A stretch of 24,821 nucleotides of DNA from a virus (taxonomy: Duplodnaviria > Caudoviricetes). The notes beneath the pieces are model-generated. The model was not told the origin of the DNA. It was given only the letters and a program-made list of their open reading frames with translations, and made no database searches. Below, in pieces: positions 9,459-16,713 of the stretch (position 1 is the first letter of the stretch; every line of letters begins with the position of its first letter). Location: positions 1 through 24,821 of the IMG/VR virus record IMGVR_UViG_3300022719_000055; one strand, written 5' to 3'. The position numbers and the translations under genes are program-made.

Positions 9459-10388
9459 TCATGCCGTATCACCAAAGGTGATGGTGTAGTCTTCGATCAG
9501 CGTGACCGGGATATCCCAGGCGCGCAGGCCGTCGACGTTGACGTTTTGCGGTTCGCCGATCTGAATGCCGGCGGCGCTGAGCGCGGTGGACTGGTTGGCC
9601 GTGCCGGTATCCAGCGACACCAGCAGCGGTACTTTCGTCGTGGTCTCGGCCAGGCTGCGGATATCCTTGGTGGCAATCAGCGGACGATACACCCGCAACG
9701 TGCCGGTGACGGCGCGCACTGTCTGCCGGGCAATCACGGCCTCGGAGTGGTAGGCCAGGCTGAGGGTGATACCGGGATCCAGATTGAGGCTGATGCCCTC
9801 CAGATTGGTGCTGTCGAGCGACACCACCATGTTGGCCTCGGTAAACGCCGGCGGGTCGAGATAGGCGCTGAGATCGTCAGCCGGTACCGCCTGCTCGGCC
9901 ACGGCTGAGATGCGGCCGAGAAACTCCACGTTGGCCTTGGCGAAATCGTTGATGCCGAGCGCAATGCTGGTCAACCGGCCGCGTGCGCCCACCAGCGTGA
10001 CCAGCTCGCCGGCATGGTTGAAGCCGATGGTGGCCGAGGGGAAATTGTTCAGCACGGGCTCATAGGTGACGTTGGCCGGCGGCCCGCTGACCTCGGTCTC
10101 GGTGTGACCGCAGTTGCGCAGCAGGCCACTGAGCGGACCGGCGCTGCCTGCGGTGGCACCGCCGATGAGTTCTATCTCACCGGTGATCAGGCCGCGCCTC
10201 CGCACCGGCACATTGGGCCGGGCACCACCGTCGGGCTTGTCGCGATTGAGCTGAATATTGTCGGTCTGGATCTGCACACTGCCGTTGTTGAGCAGGATTC
10301 CATCGCTACCAGCAAGGGTTTCAGCAACGTTTTCTGTCGCCTCGATTTTGTGGCGAACGGCGCGTAAATCGAATATGTCCAATGGCAT
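9459..10388 (-). CDS. Major tail tube protein (309 aa)
   Basis: Size, position and motifs ('GLLRNCG', 'LVGARG') fit siphoviral tail tubes. No sheath gene is present. Confidence 0.8.
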   Translation of the reverse strand: MPLDIFDLRAVRHKIEATENVAETLAGSDGILLNNGSVQIQTDNIQLNRDKPDGGARPNVPVRRRGLITGEIELIGGATAGSAGPLSGLLRNCGHTETEVSGPPANVTYEPVLNNFPSATIGFNHAGELVTLVGARGRLTSIALGINDFAKANVEFLGRISAVAEQAVPADDLSAYLDPPAFTEANMVVSLDSTNLEGISLNLDPGITLSLAYHSEAVIARQTVRAVTGTLRVYRPLIATKDIRSLAETTTKVPLLVSLDTGTANQSTALSAAGIQIGEPQNVNVDGLRAWDIPVTLIEDYTITFGDTA

Positions 10389-10394
10389 GGCTGC

Positions 10395-10619
10395 TTACTC
10401 CTTGGCTTCGTTGGGCTTGGCACCGGCGTTGGCGTTGCCGTCGTCGGGTTTTGCTGCGGCGGCCTGCCGGGCCTGTTCGCGGCGGCGCATTTTGGTTTTG
10501 CCGGGATACGGCTTCTGCGGCTTGTCCAGGCGTTTGGCGCTGGTGATGTTGCCGTGTTTGTCCTTGCTCACGCGGTAGCTGCCGCCTGGCTGTAGGGTTG
10601 GTGTTTTGTCGCTGCTCAT
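10395..10619 (-). CDS. Small basic hypothetical protein (74 aa)
   Basis: ATG 10619 (MSSDKTPT) with a GGAG RBS. Fills the gap between gp37 and tail tube. Confidence 0.6.
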   Translation of the reverse strand: MSSDKTPTLQPGGSYRVSKDKHGNITSAKRLDKPQKPYPGKTKMRRREQARQAAAAKPDDGNANAGAKPNEAKE

Positions 10620-10623
10620 GGTG

Positions 10624-11058
10624 TTAACTCCAGATGGATGTTTGGAAGCGGTCTCGAAACCACATGGCATTTTTGTTCAGGCCGATCGGCTGGCCGCCGC
10701 GATTGACCACCGGCACGGTGGCATCGGCAGGCTGCCAGCCGACCAGCGCGGCCCAGCAGTCTTTGCGCAAAACGCGCAAGGCGTCGGTAGCCTGACCGCC
10801 GTGCGTGTCGCCGTAGTGACGCAGTGCCAGCACCAGCTCCACGGTCACCAGCATGCGCCGGCGCGGGGTCGGGCTCTCGGCACTGGCTGGTACCGACTCG
10901 CTGCCCGGCAGCACCCATGCTGCCGGCACCGCTCGGGTGATGTCCTGCACCTGCTGCAGATCCCCGGCTAGCCCCACCGTATTCAGGCTGCCCACCTCGG
11001 ACTGCAGGCGCGCCACCCACAGGGTGAGGTCCAGCGGTGCACGCGGGGTCATAGACAT
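10624..11058 (-). CDS. Mu gp37-like tail terminator/completion protein
   Basis: Follows gp36-like gene. 'PAAWVLP' and 'ALVGWQP' motifs. Confidence 0.8.
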   Translation of the reverse strand: MSMTPRAPLDLTLWVARLQSEVGSLNTVGLAGDLQQVQDITRAVPAAWVLPGSESVPASAESPTPRRRMLVTVELVLALRHYGDTHGGQATDALRVLRKDCWAALVGWQPADATVPVVNRGGQPIGLNKNAMWFRDRFQTSIWS

Positions 11059-11465
11059 ACATCGTGGGCGGCCCAGTCAAAGTTGCTTTTTGCCTGCTTC
11101 ACCACGACCCGTGCCGAGGTCTCGGCACCGGCGTCGTCGCTGCTGATGGCGGCTTTGCCGGCGGCGGCATCACGCAGCCACTGGATGGCAGACTTGCGCC
11201 TGGCCCCCACCTCTTCGGGGGCGTGGTCATCGTGCAGGCTGGCGCGAGCCAGATCGGCGGCGATGCGTACCAGCACATCGGGCACCGGGCTCACCGGCAC
11301 AGTCACACGGGTGCCGATGTAGCTGTCGATGAGCGCGTCGGCGTCCTCCAGCGCGGTGGTGACCACGGCAGCATCGATGGCGTCGCCGGCCATATTGGGC
11401 GCAATCTGCAGCAGCTCGTCCTCGCCAAAGCGATCGATGAGGTTCTGCTGGGTGGCGTAGGTCAT
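11049..11465 (-). CDS. Mu gp36-like head-tail adaptor (DUF1320)
   Basis: 'MTYATQQNLIDRFGEDELLQ...ALEDADALIDSYI...AIQWLRD' is the characteristic gp36 pattern. Confidence 0.92.
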   Translation of the reverse strand: MTYATQQNLIDRFGEDELLQIAPNMAGDAIDAAVVTTALEDADALIDSYIGTRVTVPVSPVPDVLVRIAADLARASLHDDHAPEEVGARRKSAIQWLRDAAAGKAAISSDDAGAETSARVVVKQAKSNFDWAAHDVCL

Positions 11466-11475
11466 GGGTACAGGC

Positions 11476-11838
11476 TCAGACGGTCAGGACGTGCTGATTT
11501 TCGAGCACGGTGGCACCGCTGATACCACCGACTGCGGTGATGTCCTTGAGCTTGCGAAACGGGCCATTGGCCTCGCGGTGCTTGACCAGATCGGTGGCGG
11601 TTTTCTTGCCGATGCCTTTGGCGGCTTTGGCAATTTCGGCCGCGCTGGCGGTGTTGACGTTGAGCTTGGCGGCAGGCTTGTCCTGACTCATGCCGGCGTC
11701 GACATCGGCAACGGCTCCCGCTGCGAGCAGCGGCGCGGCCTCGGCATCTGTCAGGCTGATATAGGCACCCGGCTCGTAGCGTTTGCCGTTGTGGCGGATC
11801 GGTGATGCCACGATGTAGTCTGTTTGTTCGCTTGCCAT
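11476..11838 (-). CDS. gp35-position protein with a C-terminal ComEA-like helix-hairpin-helix domain
   Basis: N-terminal 'SPIRHNGKRYEPG' phage domain. C-terminal 'LNVNTASAAEI..KGIGKKTA..LVKHREANGPF..DITAVGGI' HhH domain. Confidence 0.85.
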   Translation of the reverse strand: MASEQTDYIVASPIRHNGKRYEPGAYISLTDAEAAPLLAAGAVADVDAGMSQDKPAAKLNVNTASAAEIAKAAKGIGKKTATDLVKHREANGPFRKLKDITAVGGISGATVLENQHVLTV

Positions 11839-11862
11839 GTTGCCTGTCTCCGGTTGATAAAG

Positions 11863-11883
11863 CCGCCCGGTCGTGCCGGGCGG
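11863..11883 (-). terminator. GC-rich hairpin downstream of the capsid gene (attenuator or stabiliser)
   Basis: CCGCCCGG-N5-CCGGGCGG with only a weak U tract. Confidence 0.4.
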
Positions 11884-11932
11884 TAGGCGTTGGTCGCCAC
11901 CCTGACTACCGCCAAGTAGTTCTGGTTTCCGG

Positions 11933-12874
11933 TTACGCCACCGCGTCGGTGATGAGGTAGCCGGAACTGATGCCCGAGAGCACCGGGGCGCGCTCGTAGC
12001 TGATGCCGGCCATCCAGCTCCGGCTTTCGCGATCCCACTCTGCCTGCTCGGCTATGGGATGCAGCAGGCTGGATTCTTCCAGCGTGTAGGTGTAGCCGTA
12101 GCTGGGCTGCTCCATGCTGTCGGGCAATTCGGGCGCGTAGGCGACGATGATGTCCTTGCCCCACACATCGACGAAGCTGCCAGCGTCGTCCAAGTACTTG
12201 GCCTTGCCGACCAGCACCTGCGGCACATCGAAGAAGCTGGCCAGCAGATCGGTGGTGACCACACCGACCTGGGTGTGCTTGATCTTGTCGGTCAGCGCCG
12301 GGTGGTGCTTGAGCACATTGAACACGGCGCGGCCGAGGACGATCACGTTGGGGTCGGTCGCAGCCTGCGCCTGGATCGCGTTGACCGCGTCCTGGATGAC
12401 GCCGGCCGGATCACTGTCGTCCAGATCGCTGAACTGGTCGGTACCGCTGAGCGTGACCTTGTTGCTGCTGGCGTAGTTGGCTGCGTCGCGGGCCAGATCG
12501 GCCTGTTGTTTTTCCAGCCCCAGATGCATGACGTTGAGCACCCGGTTGCTGGCGCGGGTCAGAAGATCAATGCCTGGCACGGCGTTGGCATCGCGCTGGT
12601 GCTCGCGTGGCACCTTGGCATCGAGCGCGTGGTTTTCCAGCGCGAAGGGTTTGCCAACGTGGCCGAACTGGATGCTGGGCACGTTGTCGCCCGGCGCGCG
12701 GACGGTGTTGTACAGGCGGAAATCCTCGCGCCCGAACTCAATCACCTGGCCGCCGGATGCCTGCACCGGCACAGTGGGAAACAACGCCATGCCGACGTTG
12801 GTGGGGTGGCGAAAACCCTGCACCACATTGGTGAGGATCGGATCGATGACGCGTATGCTTTTCGGGGTGCTCAT
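11933..12874 (-). CDS. Major capsid protein (313 aa)
   Basis: Follows protease and cement genes. 'RVIDPILTNVVQG' and 'PSYGYTYTL' motifs of Mu-like/gpE-type capsids. Confidence 0.9.
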   Translation of the reverse strand: MSTPKSIRVIDPILTNVVQGFRHPTNVGMALFPTVPVQASGGQVIEFGREDFRLYNTVRAPGDNVPSIQFGHVGKPFALENHALDAKVPREHQRDANAVPGIDLLTRASNRVLNVMHLGLEKQQADLARDAANYASSNKVTLSGTDQFSDLDDSDPAGVIQDAVNAIQAQAATDPNVIVLGRAVFNVLKHHPALTDKIKHTQVGVVTTDLLASFFDVPQVLVGKAKYLDDAGSFVDVWGKDIIVAYAPELPDSMEQPSYGYTYTLEESSLLHPIAEQAEWDRESRSWMAGISYERAPVLSGISSGYLITDAVA

Positions 12875-12891
12875 TTATCTGCTCCTGTTGA

Positions 12892-13230
12892 TCAGTGGCT
12901 GACCAGGGTGACTTCAATGTCGTCGTCAGCTGATGCGGCGCCCATGCTGCGGGCGACGCCCACGCCTGAGTCAATTGGTATCAGCCGGCCTGTGGTGCCA
13001 ACCTCAAGCTCGACACCAGCCGCGCTGATGGTGGCACCGGCCTTGGCTGCTGCCAGGCCCATGCGGTTGCACTGCACCCGTTCGCCGATTTCGGCATCGT
13101 GCAGGGCAATACCAAAGATGGCGGCGTCGGGCGCTGCCACCGCACCGGCGTAGCTGACTGCCTGGCCCTTGCTGATGGCGGCAGTGGCAGTGACGCTGCC
13201 CTGCCAGATTGGAATGTTGAGCGCGCTCAT
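12892..13230 (-). CDS. Capsid cement/decoration protein (DUF2190-like)
   Basis: 112 aa, Ala/Gly-rich, between scaffold and capsid. ATGA overlap with the protease stop. Confidence 0.8.
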   Translation of the reverse strand: MSALNIPIWQGSVTATAAISKGQAVSYAGAVAAPDAAIFGIALHDAEIGERVQCNRMGLAAAKAGATISAAGVELEVGTTGRLIPIDSGVGVARSMGAASADDDIEVTLVSH

Positions 13231-13718
13231 GCTGATACCTCCACAGCCTTGACGGCGGTAATAAAGTCACACTTGTTGGCCCGCTGGTATTCCAGCGCTT
13301 TGGCGTGCAGCTCGGCACGCTCGGCATCCACGGTGCTGCCGGCGGGGGCGGCAAACTGCACCGCTGTGCCACGCTGGCCAGCGGCAGCCTGCTCGGACTG
13401 CAGCTTCTGCAGCTCGGGCTGCACCGGCAGTTGTGCGACGAAGCTGGCGAAGAAATCTGCCGGCGTCTTGCGCACTGGTGCACGGCCGTCGCCCTGGCTA
13501 AAATCCATCTCCGCCTCGGCGTTGAGGTTGGCCATGAAATCGGCCATGCCAGCAGCCTGTGCCGGGCTCAGCCGACAGTCGTCGATGGCCTGGTTGATCA
13601 CCTGCTGCGCAGCACTGCGCCGGGTTGCCAGTGCGAACTCGGCGTTCTGCTGACGAAGCTGGTCGCGCTCGGTTTCGGCGGCGTTAAGCCGCTCCTGAAT
13701 TTCTGCGGTGTCGGTCAC
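13227..13718 (-). CDS. Internal in-frame scaffold protein (Mu gpZ-like, ~163 aa)
   Basis: In-frame GTG at 13718 with GGAGA 7 nt upstream (13726-13730), at the start of the coiled-coil region. Confidence 0.55.
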   Translation of the reverse strand: MTDTAEIQERLNAAETERDQLRQQNAEFALATRRSAAQQVINQAIDDCRLSPAQAAGMADFMANLNAEAEMDFSQGDGRAPVRKTPADFFASFVAQLPVQPELQKLQSEQAAAGQRGTAVQFAAPAGSTVDAERAELHAKALEYQRANKCDFITAVKAVEVSA

Positions 13719-14600
13719 TGGAGTGTCTCCGGGTTTGGGTATGTGTCGGGAAAACGATGGCAGCCCGGATGAGTCCGGCTGCTCGATGGCCTCGGCGGCC
13801 AGCGTGCGCGACTGCTCGGCAAGCGCGTCGATGTCGCTCTGCGGTATTAGCCGATCGGCCACGTCGAGACTGAATCGATCAAGCGTCCACTCGCGGAAGC
13901 GGCGGAAGAACCGCGCCAGCGCATTGGGGGTGAATGAATCTGGCATGGCGAAGTCAGGATTACTCAGCGTCTCCTTGATGGTTTCGACGGAGACCCCGAG
14001 CGCGCTGGCAAAACCCTTGATCCTCTCTTCGGGCGGGTTGTCAATCTCGCCACGCAGAATCTGGCTGACCGTTGACTCTGATATGCCTGCAGCGTCAGCA
14101 AGATCGGCCGTGCTCACTGACTTCTCTTCCATCAGACGGGAGAGCAATGCGCCAAGCGCTGACTTGCGAAAATCAGCCACCTCAAAATCGATGGCGTCAG
14201 CCGGCGCAGAATAGTTCAGCGCTGCCAAGCCATCCACGGCAGGCGGGGCAGCGCCCAGCCAGCCCACGTGCAGCAGCCGCCAGCCGCCCTTGTTGTCGGG
14301 CGCAATGCGCACCGAGCGCTTGGCGTAGTGGCCAGCGGCGACAGCGGCGGAGAACTCGGGAGCCACCTTGTCGAACTTAGCCTGCAGGCGGTCGCCAACA
14401 CGGCGCAGCGCAGCGGTCCAGCCAAACGCGGGGTCGTTGGTTTTGGGGTGGCCGACCACTGCGGGTGCCGCATCGGCGGCGGAGTGGTTGGCGACAATGG
14501 CGTCCAGATCGGACTCGCTGAAATCGCGCGTGACACCAGCCGAGTCGGTGCGCCGCCCGGCTTTGAAAATGTCGATCCAATCTGCAAAAGGATTAGTCAT
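13227..14600 (-). CDS. Prohead protease/scaffold (Mu gpI-like) with an inserted XRE-HTH domain (~457 aa)
   Basis: 'IDIFKAG', 'APAVVGHP...PAFGW' and 'LLHVGWLGAAPPAVDGL' protease motifs. Coiled-coil C-terminus. Start taken at ATG 14600. Confidence 0.9.
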   Translation of the reverse strand: MTNPFADWIDIFKAGRRTDSAGVTRDFSESDLDAIVANHSAADAAPAVVGHPKTNDPAFGWTAALRRVGDRLQAKFDKVAPEFSAAVAAGHYAKRSVRIAPDNKGGWRLLHVGWLGAAPPAVDGLAALNYSAPADAIDFEVADFRKSALGALLSRLMEEKSVSTADLADAAGISESTVSQILRGEIDNPPEERIKGFASALGVSVETIKETLSNPDFAMPDSFTPNALARFFRRFREWTLDRFSLDVADRLIPQSDIDALAEQSRTLAAEAIEQPDSSGLPSFSRHIPKPGDTPVTDTAEIQERLNAAETERDQLRQQNAEFALATRRSAAQQVINQAIDDCRLSPAQAAGMADFMANLNAEAEMDFSQGDGRAPVRKTPADFFASFVAQLPVQPELQKLQSEQAAAGQRGTAVQFAAPAGSTVDAERAELHAKALEYQRANKCDFITAVKAVEVSA

Positions 14601-14652
14601 GCCGCCATTCTTGCAGCGGCGCACGCAATTGTAAGGGGGAACGACTTCCCCC
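14600..14652 (-). promoter_or_regulatory. Activator-dependent late promoter (Mor/C-type)
   Basis: Dyad GGGGGAA-N4-TTCCCCC at 14635-14652. -10-like AAGAAT at 14612-14607, 6 nt before the ATG. No good -35 and no RBS. Confidence 0.6.
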
Positions 14653-14665
14653 GATGGGCGGGCAC

Positions 14666-14691
14666 AAAAAAGCCCCGGCGTCCCGGGGCTT
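14666..14691 (-). terminator. Rho-independent terminator
   Basis: Minus strand reads AAGCCCCGG-GACG-CCGGGGCTTTTTT. Confidence 0.9.
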
Positions 14692-14753
14692 GTTGCCGCT
14701 CGTCAGCGGCGGCTCTCTCAGTGGGTTTTAAGATATCGTTATTAAGTGCCGAA
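14666..14753 (-). ncRNA. Candidate small RNA (~85 nt)
   Basis: Bounded by its own sigma70 promoter and a terminator. No ATG/GTG/TTG start. Internal hairpin GCCGCT-GACG-AGCGGC. Confidence 0.5.
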
Positions 14754-14758
14754 GCTTA

Positions 14759-14786
14759 ATTCTAACTTGTGCGTTGCGGATGTCAA
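14759..14786 (-). promoter_or_regulatory. Sigma70 promoter TTGACA-N16-TAGAAT
   Basis: -35 at 14786-14781 and -10 at 14764-14759, immediately after the aca-like stop. Confidence 0.7.
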
Positions 14787-14791
14787 TCGGG

Positions 14792-15028
14792 TCAGGCTAC
14801 CCGGTTCCGTGCGCACCACCACACTGCAGGGTGCATGCGGCGTTCGCCGTTCTCCCATTTTTGCCAGGTGCGGAAATGAGAGAACACCCGTTCAGCGCAC
14901 AGCTTCTGGGCATCGGTGACGCCAATATCACGGCTGTCCTGGATGAGCACGCGCAGTGCGCGGACTTCGGCAGGCGAAGGGTTTGCCGCCGGGTTTTCCC
15001 GGCGGCTTCGCTTGGGGTGGTTGCTCAT
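14792..15028 (-). CDS. Anti-CRISPR-associated (Aca10-like) HTH regulator (78 aa)
   Basis: 'PSPAE' and 'RTWQKWENGERRMHPAVW' match the Aca10-type pattern as I recall it. GGGAG RBS. Located just upstream of the Mu-like protease gene. Confidence 0.75.
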   Translation of the reverse strand: MSNHPKRSRRENPAANPSPAEVRALRVLIQDSRDIGVTDAQKLCAERVFSHFRTWQKWENGERRMHPAVWWCARNRVA

Positions 15029-15044
15029 TGCTGTGGTTCTCCCG

Positions 15045-15323
15045 CTATCGGGACGCTTCCTGCCATTCGCTCAGAGCTTCTGAGGCCATTTTGGTTGCCT
15101 GCACAGCCTCAGCTACGTGATCATTCCAAGCCTCATCAATAACTTCGGGGGCCTCATCGTCATCTGGATCAACCCCCCCCATCTCTAGCCAAACAGCGTC
15201 AAACCAGCCTGACGGGAAGTCGAAAGACTCAAGCTTGTCGCCGGATTCGGGAACATAACCGTTTATATCAGCGAAGCGCTGGAGCTCGGTGCCAAACTGG
15301 CCGAAATTGGTGTGGTGAAACAT
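15045..15323 (-). CDS. Small highly acidic protein, candidate anti-CRISPR/anti-defence protein (92 aa)
   Basis: 21 D/E versus 4 K/R. AGGAG RBS. First gene after a consensus promoter and directly upstream of the aca-like gene. Confidence 0.65.
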   Translation of the reverse strand: MFHHTNFGQFGTELQRFADINGYVPESGDKLESFDFPSGWFDAVWLEMGGVDPDDDEAPEVIDEAWNDHVAEAVQATKMASEALSEWQEASR

Positions 15324-15389
15324 AATCTTCTCCTATCTGAGCCCCTGAATCCCCGAGGCGCGGTGCAGTCGTTATTGACTACAGTTCCT

Positions 15390-15417
15390 ATTATATGCCC
15401 ATTGGGCATAATGTCAA
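15390..15417 (-). promoter_or_regulatory. Consensus sigma70 promoter with an overlapping palindromic operator
   Basis: TTGACA (15417-15412)-N16-TATAAT (15395-15390). Perfect inverted repeat TATGCCCA-T-TGGGCATA at 15394-15410. Confidence 0.9.
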
Positions 15418-15431
15418 GCCCTTTCAAGCAA

Positions 15432-15866
15432 TTATTTTTCCTGCCGCGCGAGCCACTCCACATAAGCCTCGAGCTGCTGCGGCTGATCTTCAACCATCGT
15501 GACGTTGAGCGCGGTGCTGCTGGCATCGCCCCAGGGCGAGAACTCCTTGGCGTGGCCGTCGACACTGTTGGTGATGCCGGGGTTGTCCGGGCCACGGGTG
15601 TGGATCCACACCGCGCCACTCATGCGGACATTAGAGAAAGGGCTGGTGAGCACACCAGCCACGTACCAGGCGTTTTTGTGCAGCTCACTTTTCACGGTGT
15701 ACACGTGGCTGAGACCGTATGGCTTTTCCACGCTGCTGGCGATGCGCTGGATCTGCTGCGGCGATGCCGGCTGGCCGATGGCCGGTGGTGGCGACTGGCT
15801 GCAGGCGGTGGCAGTAATCAGCAGTATCAACAAAGCACTATATATAAGGTGTGTTTTCATGGTCAT
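15432..15866 (-). CDS. Putative lipoprotein co-transcribed with the repressor
   Basis: MK + hydrophobic stretch + 'TATA-C' lipobox-like site. ATGA overlap with the repressor stop. Confidence 0.7.
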   Translation of the reverse strand: MTMKTHLIYSALLILLITATACSQSPPPAIGQPASPQQIQRIASSVEKPYGLSHVYTVKSELHKNAWYVAGVLTSPFSNVRMSGAVWIHTRGPDNPGITNSVDGHAKEFSPWGDASSTALNVTMVEDQPQQLEAYVEWLARQEK

Positions 15867-16279
15867 TGTTCTGGCTCCTGTTTGCGTTTGACTATGTACT
15901 CGCAGCGGCCCTCGCGCACTGCTCGCAGCAGCATGCTGTCCAGCCTCAGCGTGGCGTCTTCCTTGTCTTCATCGGGCAGCATTCGGTAAGTGTCGAGCAG
16001 CTCCAGCTCGTCCTTGTTCAGCCGCTCCTCGATGCCGGCATCCTGCCTGACTCCGCTCATTATATAGACTGCATCAAAACCAATGCTCATGGTTTTTGCC
16101 AACATCTCCGCTGTTGGCGTGGCCCTGCCTGATTCCCAATCCGCAATAGTTGTTTTGCCACAGCCGAGGAAATCACAGAGATTTTGCTGTGTCAGTGATC
16201 TACTCCTTCGCTCTTCGCGAAGCCTCGCGCCTATCGTTGATCGGTTATGTGAGGTTTTTTGTTTAATTTCTATTGACAT
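15863..16279 (-). CDS. Phage repressor, XRE-family HTH (138 aa)
   Basis: 'IGARLREER...LTQQNL...TIADWESGRATP...GFDAVYIMSG'. Divergent from the ner-like gene. Confidence 0.88.
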   Translation of the reverse strand: MSIEIKQKTSHNRSTIGARLREERRSRSLTQQNLCDFLGCGKTTIADWESGRATPTAEMLAKTMSIGFDAVYIMSGVRQDAGIEERLNKDELELLDTYRMLPDEDKEDATLRLDSMLLRAVREGRCEYIVKRKQEPEQ

Positions 16280-16301
16280 GTTCGGATATCCGGCTTATAT
16301 T
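16273..16301 (+). promoter_or_regulatory. Early lytic promoter with a palindromic operator
   Basis: TTGACA (16273-16278)-N17-TATATT (16296-16301). Palindrome CGGATATCCG at 16283-16292 in the spacer. Confidence 0.8.
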
Positions 16302-16332
16302 TACGTCATTAACTTGTTTAGACCCTCGAATC

Positions 16333-16713
16333 ATGACACAAATTGGCAACGAAGCGCGTAAGAAAATCGCTTTCATCTTCAAACACTCCAGTATTACTGG
16401 CGCAGATCGCATATACGCGCTTAACTTGGCTGGTTATACACAACGCGACCTAGCTAAACACTGCGGAGTTTCACCGCCCCTGGTTAATCAGGTGCTGCAT
16501 GATAGGTCTAGCAGCCTACAAGTAGCCCTTGGATTATCGAGCTTGATCGGTATTCCAGTGATTCGTATATGGCCATGCGGAAAATACGCCGACAGGAAGC
16601 TACAGTCAGACAAACCACAACCCGGTCGAAATCGGTCGAACGAATCGAAGCAAGGCCAAGGTAGCGGGTCAGGCGCGAAAACGCTGTCAGCGGCTTCTGA
16701 GGGGGTGGCTTGA
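16333..16713 (+). CDS. ner: Ner/Cro-like HTH regulator (~126 aa)
   Basis: First early gene. HTH 'TQRDLAKHCGVSPPLVNQVL' and Ner-type 'IWP..Y' motif. ATG 16333. Confidence 0.75.
   Translation: MTQIGNEARKKIAFIFKHSSITGADRIYALNLAGYTQRDLAKHCGVSPPLVNQVLHDRSSSLQVALGLSSLIGIPVIRIWPCGKYADRKLQSDKPQPGRNRSNESKQGQGSGSGAKTLSAASEGVA

Noticed and set aside
14792-15323. Toxin-antitoxin pair
   Set aside because: The upstream protein is strongly acidic with no RelE/HigB/HicA-like features. Context fits acr-aca better, though TA is not formally excluded.
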